From Moniliella sp. 'wahieum' (taxonomy: Eukaryota): DNA of 64,000 nucleotides. A program made the translations under genes and the position numbers. This document shows positions 1 through 13,339 of the stretch, in pieces. The stretch spans positions 310,001 to 374,000 of the forward strand of contig RSEE01000054.1 of the NCBI GenBank assembly GCA_003971905.1, given 5' to 3'. The stretch's first letter is position 1. Every line of letters begins with the position of its first letter. The notes beneath the pieces were generated by a model. The model ran no database searches and had not been told where the DNA came from. It worked only from the letters and a program-made list of their open reading frames with translations.

Positions 1-127
1 TCATTTTAAACGCCCGCAAAGACCTTCGGGAGTCTTGCAACCCCGCGGGGTCGCGAGCAGCACACACTGCCCTCATGCCTAACCCCCATCCTCCGCTGTA
101 TGTGAGACACAGGCTAAAACAGGATAC

Positions 128-1132
128 TTGGGTTTTTGGGCTGGATGCATGATATATGCTTTTCTACCTGTGACGGGCTCCTTGCCGGATCGGACCCCGA
201 GCACTCTGGCGAGCTCCCCCCTGCCGCTTCCGCCTCCGACGATGTGGCTGCCCTGGTCGATGACTAGGAGGGTACCAGCGAGCATGATCACCCCAGCTAC
301 AACAACAAGCAGCTTGTTTCTTTTTGGCCCGTGCGGTTCATCCTCGGTGAGTCCAACAAAAGGCTCAGCACCTCTATACAGCGGAGGCTGTGGCCCAGGC
401 GTTTCAACAGCAGGTGATGATCTGCACTCTGCTTCGACCGCTTCCCTCTATCCCCTCGCATCTGTCCCATTTGCCCGAACTCGCCATCATGAGCCCCAAT
501 GCGTCCTCGGCCATATGCCACAGTCGAACACACTGAGACCGATGTGTATCCCGGGGTATGTTGACTATTCTTCTCTGGTCCTTCTGTGACATTTTGGTCG
601 TTAGACAAGAAAACTGACCTGTTTCCCTTCCCCTCCGCACAGATTCATGACACGGACGGGGGAGATGTCAGTGCCACGCCACGTCACACCTTTGGCATCT
701 GCGACGACTGAGGCCGGGGTCGAGTCGACCGAATCGACTCCGTGCCCTGTGGTACCACCGGGACTCCTTCCACATTACCACCACCGCAGCCGCAGGTTCT
801 TTTCCCGCCCCCGACTCCGACCGGCTTTTCGTTCTCTGACGAGGATGATGGAGAGGACCAGGGGACTCGTACCTCCCCCGTTCCAACAACACGCTGCACA
901 CACAACCGCTCCCCATACCTGAACCCAAGTGGAAGGCGAAGTTCAAGACTACCTTGTGCCGCGAGCAGGTGAAGGTGCTCGGGGAAGGCTTTCTTTTCCA
1001 GCCACGGAGACCCAACAGGAACATAATCAGAGGGCCCGGGCACAGCGGAAGCGTACCGCCAAGTTCAATATGCTGACCTTGAGGCGCTCCTCGATCGGTT
1101 TGAACAACATCCCCAAAACAATTTGGAGCTAA
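128..1132 (+). CDS. Probable 3' part of an S/P-rich hypothetical protein gene (spliced, frameshifted)
   Basis: A canonical intron at about 557-642 (GTATGT..ACTGAC..CACAG) joins ORF 128..589 in frame to ORF 647..922. Later segments are in other frames. No family recognised. Confidence 0.35.
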
Positions 1133-4100
1133 AGAGTGGACGACAACTCATCCTCTTCGTCCTATTCGTTCTCCCTATTCTCCTCTGAATCTGCAGAGGA
1201 GTGGGATGGGGATAAGTGCGGAATACTCGGAGCCCAATGAGTTGGGGGTGCAGGACCTGATCAACATGGGGGCGCCATGGTTTGACGCACTTCTGCCGTC
1301 CGCGACGCATCCATCCTGAAAAAGGTCACACCGATTAACATGTTCTTTGAGGTATATGGCCAACATGTTTTCGCTCTCTTCCTTCTCAACCAATGGCATC
1401 TGGCGACGGTCAATCTCCACTCAATAATTAATCACCACCGCCATACAATAACCACGGTTACCGGTTAGGATGCATTTTAGCGATTTTCTCGATTATCGAT
1501 CCTCGATTACTGAAGAGAGCCTCATGGCCCAGTCATCTTGGCCTCCAGTTTACTCTCCTCCATCCACATCACAGGGTATCTTGGTATGAGTTCTCATACT
1601 TTCTACCAGCTTTTTCCGCCTTACTGAGGCACTCATTGACGAACCCAGAATCCCAATGTCATACGCAAAATTGATCCGCCGTGCATCTTTATATATTAGT
1701 CACCCCGCGTGTCTTCCCCGAGCGGCTTCTGTTGGACCGAATTCGCCTTTCAGCCACATCGCTTCAGGCAAGTTGTGCTCTGATTCTGGGATGGTCTCCA
1801 GGACGGGTAGTCTTCGTAGAGGTCCTCTCATTTTTCGCTCGCAAGTCGGGAGGTCTTCAGTATGATCGGGTTTGTCAATTGTATGGTTGGGTTCTCGTCG
1901 CTCCGTGACGGGCGCGTGGCCGATTGACAGGGATGTAGTAAACCTTACCGGCCTTACCAGCCGTACCGGCCACCCTGTTCTCCCCTTTTTTGCCTCGTGA
2001 GGAGCTGGTGGGCGGTTAGACCGTAGCCCATCACCTATACTGCATTATGGGTCTCCCGAGATGAGGAAACAGGAACTGTGAGCCACCCCTCATCAGTGCA
2101 TAATACTAAACCTATTACAAGTAACTCTCTAATAGGTTCCAATGTCATTTGGCATCAAAGAAGCTAAGGCATGGCACGCACTACACTCTCTTCAATACGG
2201 AGCTCACACACGAGAAGTGTGAAATGTGAAGAGCGCGCAAGAGTGTTGCAGTATGAAGTTGGAGTAACTTGGAGTTGATCGCGCTGATCGTTGATCGGGG
2301 GTTGTGCATTATATGCTGGGGTGGCGTCGAGGGTGGCTAGCCACACCGCTTGGGGCCAGGGGAAACAAGGGGACTGAGAAATGAGGGGGAGGTCTCTGCC
2401 CTTCAACGCGTCCACATGCATGCTATACACCAAGAGAGAGGCCTCTGCTGCTACATCAACATGGAAAACACGCATCAGCGCATCAACCTACTCTCTTCTG
2501 GAGGCCCAGAACATTTCTTGTGAAACACAGGAGTCAGCACATGTACTGCTATCAAAGCATTTTGACAACTAGCAACACGGATGGAAGAGTACCATGCCTG
2601 GCATCATGATGAGTTCATCTCATCGAATTTATGTCCAACACGTTTCCTACTTTAGCAGCATCATACCAATAGCCTACTAAGAGGTACAACACGCAGGGAA
2701 CATGAACGTCGTGAACGCGCAGGGAACGAACATGTGGCAATTATACTCAGTATGCAAACGTATAGGAATCAGACCGCGTGTAAGTTAGGCCTTTCTTTCT
2801 ATATTTTCAGCCTCGATGGTCGATGGGTATATAAAGATACAGTCCCTGAGCTCCACAAGTATGTTGGGACGGTGCGGTCATGTGAGATTGAGCAGGGCTT
2901 AACACATAATGGTGACTAAGTGAGCACTCAGTACGGGAACTAGTTGCCTTTTTTTGTGCGGTGGGATACTCGATACAGTCACAATTCCGGGGGTCTCACA
3001 CGCATGGCTCTCACAACCACAAAGCAAAAAATGTATCTGTTACAGGCCAGAGAGCAGGCAGTTGATGGTGTATCGCGCATTGCACATGAGCTGCAAAGGC
3101 TAGAGATATTTCTACCCTCCAGGAAGGAATATTGGAAGGAATGAACCGGAAGGTTCCGGGGTTGAGCTACCGACGCCACTATACACCACGGTGTGTGCGT
3201 CACAGTATCTAACAGGAGAGATGGAGATGGGGAAGGGATGATCGTATTCATCGAGTGGAAAGAGGGCGATGAGGTAGTATATATGCCTCAGAGAAGAAGA
3301 GAACGCGCGACCTGAACCACACGGAGGAAGAAGGGGAGCATAGTCAAAGGGCAAAGCAGGGTCTAGAACAAATCAGGGGCCGGTCAACTTGGTGATCAAA
3401 CGGTGATCAGTGGGTCTGATCTCGACAGTATCGTTGCCAATTCCTCTCTCGATACTGATGACGCGAATGACGGATTTCGATTATGCAGATGATGTCGATG
3501 GTGTCTCGATGACAAAGCGGCTCACAAAGGCGAAGGTGGGGGAAACAGAGACGAAAAAAGCAAGAGACCTCTGCGTGCAATGCGGTCTTTTAGGCCTTAT
3601 AAGTTCCGCATTAATGTTCAGATTCGATTGTCACATATCATCTCATCAATTCACCGCCCTCGTTACTATGACGATGACGGGATGGTTTATTGCAGATGAT
3701 TACAATCTCCGTACGTGACACGTTCTCACGACTGTGAGTTACTGTGCGGTCAAGAAAATAAAACGCGCTTAGAAGACAGTCTAGATGCCACCCACACTCT
3801 TTCCGCGAAAGCCGAAGCCGGGATTCGCCAAGTATATCAAAAACAGTCATAGGTTTATACGACCGTCGCAGCACTCAGCAGGACCGTACATATATCAGCT
3901 GGATCACCACAACACCATTTGTATAACTGTGCTGTGGGGGATTTCCTTTCTGGGGGACGTATAATAGCGTGTATCCCGACAAGGAGATTAAATCCCTTTC
4001 ATGCATACCCTGCTCTCAAAGGATTCACACTTCAGGGCCTCAGGCAGGCCTGAGCGCCTCAATGGGAGAGCATCAGTAGAGCCGTACGCTGTATAGTACT

Positions 4101-7100
4101 TCAAAAGTTTCCACAGCTAGAAGCTTCAAGCTTCAAGCCTCAAGCCGGCCTCAACTACATGCTACACATTGTGCTGAAGCGCTGATATCAGCCCTCAGGC
4201 TGAGGTGCATGTATATGATCGTTGTCAACTCTATTCTCAGACCAACATGATTGCGCCTTGCCTTTTTGTATGGTGAGTATACTGAATGCTTTTTTGATGA
4301 CGGTGGTCAGTATATATACTGTTGACCACCTGTGGTCTAGAGCCCATCGGCCTTCAGTGACACGTGGCCCGATGCACACAGTGCACCGGGGCAGTGAGTT
4401 CCGGACCTTCCACGGGTTTCCACTGGCCTCCAGGCCAGGAGCCTATCAAGGTCCATAGCTCTAGCTCTCCTTAGCTCTCAAATGCCATCTCCATCCACCA
4501 TCGCCAGCATCGCTAGCTAGGCCTGTGACATATACTCATCGTACTCTCGTACCCCCATCAGTGGCGCAACTTCGAAGACATATATTCTTCCTCGGAAGTC
4601 AATGTACTCATTCATTGGCACCAGAGATATCATCTCAATTAATCATCGAATGGTGCTCGGCGGTCTATATATATAACAGAGTGTGGCGCCACACTGGTGT
4701 AGTGGCGCCGGTAGCCCAAGCCCCGGTCCTTCCTTTCAATATTTCGTCTTGGAGGACAGAAATATTCTCAGTAGCCTCGGTTCCTTTACCGAGAGGAGTG
4801 CCTTGTTCAGAGTTCCCCCATGCGCCCACAACCCTACGCGCCTGTACTTGGACCAGTGGTGTTCAGCCTATTTTATACCCGCGGTAGAGAAAGTTGCCCG
4901 ATGCCCATACAGTAGAGTCAACTACTGCGCAACTGTTGGAACCCGCACTTCACTTTTCTGGTATGTAACGTACACGTAACGCCCAACGGACCTAGGGCCT
5001 ACTGCCTGTGTATTATATACTCGTGTTAATCATTAATCGAATTAATCACCCCGCTCCTCTCCCGCCCCCCCTGTCTGTCGCCAAGACACGCAGTCCTGGC
5101 ATGGTTGATTCGATGACGCTCTGTTTTCAATGTGTGCGCTTGGTAGTGCTGAAGTACTCACTATACAAATAGTATGGATCGAGCCGCAACAGGCCGCAAC
5201 AGGAGGTGCATCGGGCCAAGCGGCGAAATTTGCTCAGTTTTCTCGTGGCGCGTGGTGGCGGCACGGCAATTGGGGCGCGCAAGATTGATTAAGATTAATC
5301 AAGCCCCATTCTGCATCCCCCACCCCCCCATCAGGCCCCTGCCTCAGGCCTCACATGCTCACATGCGCAGCTCACGGCAATCTCCCTGCAACTCTCCTTT
5401 ATTTGGCCCTGAAGGGTGAGTCTCACCGGGCGCTGAACGGCAACCGAGCCCGGAGCAACCGAGAGGGGTGCATCGGCCACTCCATATGTGCTCCTTTGAA
5501 AATATATATGCACACAATCGCCATTAATGGAATGATTACTGATTACCTTCATCAGCTTATCACCGTCCAAGTCGCTTCGCACCATGCTGTGTCTGTGCGG
5601 AGAGTGTGGACCAGGAGGTGGGGAAAGCCTATGTGTGGGGGCAACGAGCTGGCAATGGCGCGATAGGCAAAGCCGGAACGATGTTTACTGGGGCATGGTC
5701 TGGCATGTGGTGGCGCATGGATAGGAGGGCGGAGATTTTGAGCTAGAATTCGCTGTGTCAAAACCACACAAAACCGCGCTTTACTATGGGCAAAGAGAGG
5801 GGTTGGGGATAGCGGCGTGCCTCCAGGGTGCCTAGAACGCACCTACGGTACCTAGCACCCCACTGGCCACCATACGGCACGGAAACACAGCCCCCAGAGG
5901 GCGTCCATAGAACACAGAGCACCACAACGGGCAACCACACTCTCTGGCCGCAGCACATGTGGCACCGGTGTTTTCTCCTTTGGCCACCCGCGCTCGGTAA
6001 TAGGCACCACAACGCACCGAGCTGTTTCCGGCGTCAGGTTCAGGCGCTCAGTGCGTCAGCGCGTCAGCACTGGCTGAAGCCCCAGGGCCTCAGGGCCCCA
6101 GACCCCCAGCGAAGACTTGATTTCTCCCTCTGTGGCTGTTCAACGTGTTCAACGTTGGGTTCAACGTTCTCCCCGCGGCTCCCATGTGTCCCAGCTCCGA
6201 ATCATTGATTAATCACTGAATCACCCTGATCGATGATGGCTGATCGATGAGATCGATGATCGATGATCCTCGATGCTCGATAGTCGGCAGTTACTAGTTA
6301 CTAGTTACCTAGTTCCCGGTTCCCGATTATCGATTACCGTAGCCAATTGACCAGTTGATCACACTTCCAGCACATGCACCGACCTCCCCCTCTTTCTCTC
6401 GTCCGCTTCCATTTTATTTCTTTGGAGAGCAAGTCACGAGTCACGCATCCCGAATCGGCGTAATCGATAGATATTTTTCCCTCCCGAGTGCAACGAGGGA
6501 TGGCCGATGGCCGATGACTTTGATGGCTCGATGACTCGATATCCGATGGACGCCCGGGCAGGCCAGGCGGGCGAGCGCACCCCGATGCACCCTGTTTGGG
6601 CTGGATCCCCCGTCCTGAAACCCTCAGCCTCATGCAGGTGTGGGAAGCAGCGCTGAATTGGGCGCAGAGAACGGGAAGAAGCCTCGCGGCTTCAAGTTTC
6701 AAATTCCAACAGGAACATCTCATGATCTCATGCTGCAGCACACCGGCCCTGCTGGCTACGGGAAGCACTGAAGCTGAAGCCAGTTGACGCTGACGCTGGA
6801 AGCTTGATGCCTTGGCTTCACTTGCTTCTGCGCTTCGCTTCAGCCGCTCCACGCGTCGCCTTCAGCAAAAGCATCACACGCAAGCGGGCTGGCTTGCCGC
6901 TTGCAGGCGGTTCGGGCCGTAGTAGCACGTTGCAGCACCCCCTCAGCGCTTAGCCTCAGCTCAGCCGCCCCCCTGGTGTGGATGGCCATGTTTGGATGAT
7001 GTCGATGATGCAGCTGCGTGGTGTGCAGTGTTTATAAAAAGTCAACTAGCTCCCCAGTCACTCGTCGCAGTCACTCCAGTCACCCCGTCACTATAGTAGG

Positions 7101-7642
7101 CTAGTCCCAGTCACTAGTCACTTGGCTAGTCAGCGTCAGCGCAGCCAACATTCAGTTCAACGTTCATCCCAACGCTCAGCCGCTCAGCCGCTCAGCCGCT
7201 CCCTGCCGCTCCCCAGCAAGCGCATGCCGTCCTTTGTGAATCTGACCAAGCGCACACCCGACTCACTTACGTAGATCAGACAACCCTTTCGCTCCACTTG
7301 CCCGCCACCTCCCCCGCCACCATTTCCAAGACGTGGTATGCAGGCAGGAACGCCCGACGGTGTGGTGATGAATGATTCACGGCAACAATCAACTCTCAGA
7401 TCTCAACGCTTTCAAGCTTCAACCCTGCCCCCCGCGCCTGGCCTCACCTGGCCACGCCCGGCGCCTCCTTGGCGGGGGCTGGGTCTGTTTCTTATTTTTT
7501 TCACCCCCACCCACAGGACCTAGTTGGCCTCTTCCCTTCTCCCCGTCCCCCCACCACACTCCACCTGCCTCCTCCCAGCGTCTGCGCGCCCGTGGCTACC
7601 GTTGACATTGGCTGAGAGCACATTTATATTCATCCCACCACC

Positions 7643-9087
7643 ATGTCCCGCCTCGCCCCTTCTGCTCACTTACCCCCTCCCGCCACGGTGCTCAGGTCCA
7701 AGCGCAAGGCATCTCCCTTGCATCAGTCTCCCCCTCTCGCCCAGTACTCTCAACCCCTGCACTCTACCTGCACTGCCTATCCACCTGTTGCCCGTCCAAC
7801 CGCGCTCGCCCCACCCCCACCTGAACCGACAGCCAAGCGATCCCGTGCACGACCCACTCGCCCCTCCTACTCGGAACTGGCAAGTGGTTTGCTGAGGTTC
7901 TCTGTTCCCTCTGGTTCTCTTCCCCCCTCCTGAACTGGTCTCTGCCGAACCCACGGCGCCCTATTCCGCTTTGACCCACGGTCTACTTCCGGGTAACACA
8001 TCCCACCACCGCCCTCCTCTTGCGGCCGACTGGACCAGTCGCCGGTTACGTCCCTCTTCTCAATTTATTACGGGGTTAAGAGAGGTGTTTCGCAGCCTGC
8101 GACCCCACAAGACTCGCTGCTCGTCGCTCTGTACGTCCTTACCCGCTTTTTCTTCTTTCACATGATATACTGACCATGAGCTGAATTAGACTCTATGTTC
8201 GTCGCTTTAAGCATCTCCACCCTGATGTGCTCGGAGAGACCGAGTCCGAGTACCGTGTATCCGTGGCTGGGCTGGTGCTGGCCAACAAATTGCTCGAGGA
8301 CCATACCTACACGAGCAAAACGTGGGCAGACATTGTCGCACTCCCAATTAAGCTTGTTACTGCGTGCGAGGCGCAACTGTGGGCCGGCCTAGGCTTTAGA
8401 ATCCATGTTACTCTCCACACCAACTTGCCACGTGGCGAACACATGTGACCCATCTGTTGGCTCAACGTACTTCGGAAATCCAAGCGTCCGAATTGGCTGC
8501 TCAACAGCAAGCGCTCCGGCATGTTTCGCCGGGAGCCACCCCTCCCTTGGCCTTTCTCGCCTCTTCGCCGGCCACTCCACCGTATCCGTTGTGCTCACCG
8601 TTGCGCTACCACCATAAGGCGGTGCCTTTGCCGGGCAATGGTGTCTACTCCTCCACTTCGCCCGAACCCCCCAGGCGCCGACGGGCGATTTCACCTTTAC
8701 ATCGCCAGGCTGCTTGTTAAGGGATGTATCGTGCAGCTTGCTGCCGCCTCCGATGGCCACTTCCTTTTCCAGTCCAATGGACACCATGCCCTCTACGCCC
8801 GAGCCGGACTGAATTCGGCACCGTACGCCTGGGCCATGCCTACATATCCAACCTCTGCATATGCCGAGTCCAAGCGGTTGCCCACCCGGCTAGCACGGCC
8901 GATCCCATTGCTCTACCACCTATGCTTACGCCCCTTTTCCTCCCTCCTGCATACTCTACGGCGCTCGCTGCGCCTTCGCATCTTCCGCCGTACAAGTCCG
9001 TTCCTGGGCCGTTTTCAGCGACCTCGCCAACCCATGCATGGCAGCTTTGACTACCAGTCGCCCTATCCGGGTGAAGGTCAGGGTTAA
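7643..9087 (+). CDS. Pcl/Clg1 (PHO80-like) cyclin
   Basis: Removing intron 8131-8189 (GTACGT..TACTGAC..TTAG) gives DSLLVALLYVRRFKHLHPDVLGETESEYRVSVAGLVLANKLLEDHTYTSKTWADIVALPIKLVTACEAQLWAGLGFRIHV, a Pcl-type cyclin box (LANKxLxDxTYxxKTW). The S/P-rich flanks are frameshifted, so the ends are approximate. Confidence 0.75.
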
Positions 9088-10095
9088 CCTTGCTTTCTAT
9101 CTACCTCATAACCCCTCCTCCATCTTGTTCCGTCTCGGCCTGCATCGTCCATGTGTACACTTCAACTTCCCTGCAATTCTCATTCCAACACTATCCCCCA
9201 CCTCAGCTAGCCCCCCTCCCACCTTGCTTGTCCCCTGACGGCCTCCATGCCGTGTCGTTGCTCTTTGGGAACGAAGGTTGAATGGGTTGAATCCATAGGA
9301 AGCGGACGGTGGAGCGAGCGGGATCGGTGTGGTCTATAATAATAGCCTCATGTGGGCGCACAGGAACAGGAGAGGGGGCGAGTGCTGACATAATCTGGGG
9401 GTTCAGGCGTTCCGTTGTTTGGCCTTGCTGCTTGCTGTGGCCCCACTACCCCTATCGATGAAGTGGAGCGCCCCTCGGCCATCGCAGACTTTAAGGCAGG
9501 GGTTGTAGCCCATCGTCACGATTACTTGGGGCGCGGCGCGTGGGCTGGATATCAAGCAACTTCAACGGGTGGCCTTTTAGATGATGTACCAAACCACATC
9601 TGAACGACTTTTCGTGCACCGTGTGTCGGTCGAACTGGGCGTGCGGGCAGCCGTGGAAAGGTGAAAGTGTGATGCCATCCTCATCCCTCTCAATAAGAAC
9701 GTTATCCACATCACTGTCCCATCTGAAGTGCAGGCTTCGTCGACCAATTCGGTGTGAAGGTACCAGAAGGCGAGGTCCATGTGTATTACTCGGGTCCGTG
9801 GCACAGGTCTCGCCCGTCTCGAGTCGCACCCCAGGAAACAAAATGAATCCAATGTCGGCGCCTAACCCACGCTTCAATTGCTCATCGACTCCAACAATCT
9901 GGGCACATCGCATATGCCATTCTGATGCTTAACACGATCTTCTTCGCGGCGACGCAAGCTGTATTTGAAGCTGACCATGGGGTACTCGGTGTTCTTGGGC
10001 GCGACTCGGTGCTGTAGAAGAAATGCATTTGTATTTTTCCCCATGTATGTGCTTTGCATTGCCATCCATATGAAGGACCCCATCCTAGCGCATTC

Positions 10096-12433
10096 CTACT
10101 TCATTAGCCAAGAGGCTGAACCACCACCGACTACCAGCCATTGATGCGGCAACTGGATCTGGGACCGTCCCGTGCCATCGTCAAACGTGGCGGAACCGAG
10201 CCATTCGCCAGGTTGGCTGCCATCCGACTCGGTCGCCGCAAACACTTCATAGAATGGAGTCCAGGGAGCAAAGTCAGGCCATTCGGCCAAGCCCTTCTGG
10301 TTGACCTGGACCACCCGATTCTCGTCCAGGGCCGAGCTGGGTGCAACGAGCGCCACAGCGCCCACCGTGATATCGACCGACTTGGTCTGCCCCCCCTTGC
10401 GCTGCACGTGAATCCCCAACTGCGCCACAGGTCCGACCAGAGCCGTCAAGTCCATCTGACCTTCACTCCGAACCCAATCTGACCCAAGGAGCGTCGAGGT
10501 GGACTCGGCGACTGGCTTGTCATTCATGCTCGGAACCAGCGTCACATCTTCGGATGACTTGAACACGCAGACGAGCTTGACCAGGGTAGGGTGATTTGCT
10601 ATGGCGAGATGGATCAAGGGGACAAAGGCAGCGGTGGTTGGGTCCTGGAAGGTGACGGCCAACTTGATGGCCAAATTGCCCGCCCACACTTCCAGCACCT
10701 CCTCCTGCACAGATACCGTGGCGCCCCGGAGCAAAAGTCCGACTGGGACCGAACATTCGGCCACAGCGCTTCGGGCTGAGGCATGGTTGCCCCGACATCC
10801 GTGTATCCGGCAGCTCCCTTTTCTGGGACGGGACCGGCGGCGATGGCCAGAACGGTGCGGCCCCGCACAGCCCATCGTGTTCCGGATCCTCGCGCAAACG
10901 AGGTGTAAAATCCGCGCGAAGCGCAGACGGGGACGGGATGGGGAGGAGGAAGTAGTAGGCCAAAGGTGCCGGTCCTTCCCCCGGTCTTGTCGCGCTCCAG
11001 AAGCCGGTGCGTGGTACCCCTGGGCAGGATGGCCGCGCCAAAATTTGACATCTTCTTCCCACCAGGCATCCCAAGACCGACCCTCTCGCCCAGGTTCCTC
11101 GTGCTCCCACGTCCAACCGGGCGCGAACAGGGCAACACTGAGACCGGAGGAGAGAGCGGTCGAGGCGAGGCCCTTGCCGAACCGATGGGGCATCACCATA
11201 TCCAAACTCTTGTACGTCTCGTGTCCGCCATAGCAGTTGCGTCCACACATCAATGCCAGTAAAGATCTGATTGCGAGGACGTTGACTGCCCAGCATTGAT
11301 GAGCGAACACAGCAGCGCCGGATGGAATCCGCCTTCTTCCGGCGTGCCATCGTACGGGGCGAAGGCAGGGCAGTGCACCTGGTACGGCAGGTAGTAGGTG
11401 GGACTAGCCCACGTATAATTGGTAAAGATGCTGTCGGCAGCCTGGAAGAAGGCTGGTTGAGGTTGGTGAGCGCATCCTGCCATTGAAGCAGTCCTTCCGA
11501 ATAGGTCACCGAGTCATACCAGCTGACGTGCCAGCTACGTTTGGGGCCCGGCCGCGTTCCCGCATCGACTTGCTTGTTGTAGGCTTCGACGCGCTCTTGC
11601 CCGGAACTGCGCAAATAGCTGACCCATGCTCGGAGGCGGCGTGCATTGCGCCTGCGTTCGCGCGCGCGCACAGCAGTATGCACCCAGCTTGGCCACTGCT
11701 CGGCGCTGCACTGGAACCCGAGCTCAAGGGGTAGTTCAATGTTGACCAACCAGCCATCCAGGCCACGCTCAATGGCCAGGGAAATCAGCACATCGGCGTA
11801 AAAGGGAGACACAAGGTCGTTCCCTTCGCCTCCGCCGGGCAAGGGCAAGTACTCGTCGTCAGGCCCACGCAGCAGTTGCGAAAGACCTGGGATGGCTTCC
11901 TTCCACTCAAAGATACTGTGTCAAGTCGCCGCGTTAGACGGGACGAGACGAGGGGCAGGGCAGGGTCAGAATACATACATGGTTCCCAAAATCTTCGTCC
12001 CAGCGCGGTGGGCAGCTTGAATCCAGGCCATGGGTGGGGAGGAAATGGTCTTGTGGGAAAAGTATACAAAGTAGTCGGCCAGTTGCCTTGGCATGGACAT
12101 GGTCAGCATCTTTGCGACTAGGATTCAGACAGGGGGCGAGGGAGGCGCACCAGTGCTCAAACGTGTATCCTCGCCGGGTAGGCGTCTCGTTGTACCCGCC
12201 CTGAAAGTCGTGGGCGACCATCAAGAGCGGGCGGTTGGGGTTACCGGGTGGCAGGGTGGAGGCAGCGGGGGTGCGCGCAGCTATGGCCTCCATGCCGGCG
12301 ACACTCAAATGCTGGCGGTGGTGCACAGCACTGGGATCGAGGGCGACCTCGGCCCACTCTCGAGGAGAAGGAGGTCCTCAAAGTAGGGCGGCGCATCAGT
12401 CGGGTCGGGCGGGAGGGAGAAGGAGGCAGGCAT
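10096..12433 (-). CDS. Cytosolic endo-beta-N-acetylglucosaminidase, glycoside hydrolase family 85
   Basis: GH85 motifs occur across frames: PYFEDL, LMVAHDFQGGY..YTFEHW, GLDGWLVNIE, SWYDSVT..GLLQWQDAL, FFQAADSIFTNYTW, IFTGIDVW, SVALFAPGWTWE. Several 1-bp frameshifts. Confidence 0.9.
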
Positions 12434-12792
12434 GGGAGCGGGCGTGGAGCGGGCAGCGGGTAGCGCGTAGCAGCGAGCGTGTTGGCCAGTTGCACGCGTG
12501 GCGTTGCCAGCAGTGGCCAGCGCCTACCAGTGGGGCTGAATATATGCAGGGACGGATCGCCGCGCTGGCTGACATAATACCGACTCAGTTACTACTTACT
12601 GCGCCACCTCCCCCCCCCCTTTCGGTGCAAGCCATCCAAAGTTTCAACGGACACGTGCGCCGCACACGGTCGAACCCTGCCTGTCAGCCGGTCACGTTTT
12701 TTAGCAGTAGGGTTTGCTGCTTCGGTCCTTCGACAAGCCAAGCCCAGCACTCCCGCCGCGCAACAGACCACCACCTCCTCATTTTGCCCACC

Positions 12793-13339
12793 ATGGAGTC
12801 CATTGCCGACCAGGTATGTCCCCAGCGTGCCACTCTGACGGCCGCCTGACCCATGCCCGCCACTCATACTGACCTGGGCTGCCTCTGCCTTTGACCAGTT
12901 TGTCAACTTCTACTACTCGCAGTTCGACACGTCGCGCGACGCTCTTGCGCCCCTCTACGTGTGTATCCCTCCCCTCCCCCGGCTGCAGCCAGCTTTCTTT
13001 TGGCGCACAGGCATGCTAACTCGACCTATATGGCTCCTATGTTTTCCCATCTAGCGCGACCACTCGATGCTCACCTTCGAGGGTTCCCAGCACCAGGGTA
13101 CGGCGGCCATCATCGAGAAGCTCAAGGCGCTGCCATTCCAGACTGTCAAGCACCAGGTGGACACCAAGGATGCCCAGCCGACGGGTGCCGACAGCAACAG
13201 CATTGTTGTGCTGGTCACGGGCAAGCTCTTGGTTGATGACTCGCCTGCTCCGCTCCAGTTCACCCAGACCTTCACCCTCAACCCCGAAGGTGGCTCGTTC
13301 TACGTCTACAACGACGTCTTCCGCCTTGTGTACGGCTAA
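12793..13339 (+). CDS. NTF2: Nuclear transport factor 2
   Basis: Exons 12793-12813, 12899-12958 and 13055-13339 with canonical introns give [74 protein letters not shown]. Confidence 0.95.

Noticed and set aside
1..150. Hairpins (including C-UUCG-G at about 24-29) suggesting an ncRNA, and ILNARK / NPHP suggesting a mating-type homeodomain
   Set aside because: The stems are short and overlap an open frame. There is no Sm site, box motif or WFxNxR in the right order, and the region is truncated by the window edge.
297..608. Minus-strand ORF ending in CLLL (CAAX), a possible pheromone precursor
   Set aside because: It is antisense to a better-supported spliced + strand gene, it is too long with a non-ATG start, and no receptor gene lies nearby.
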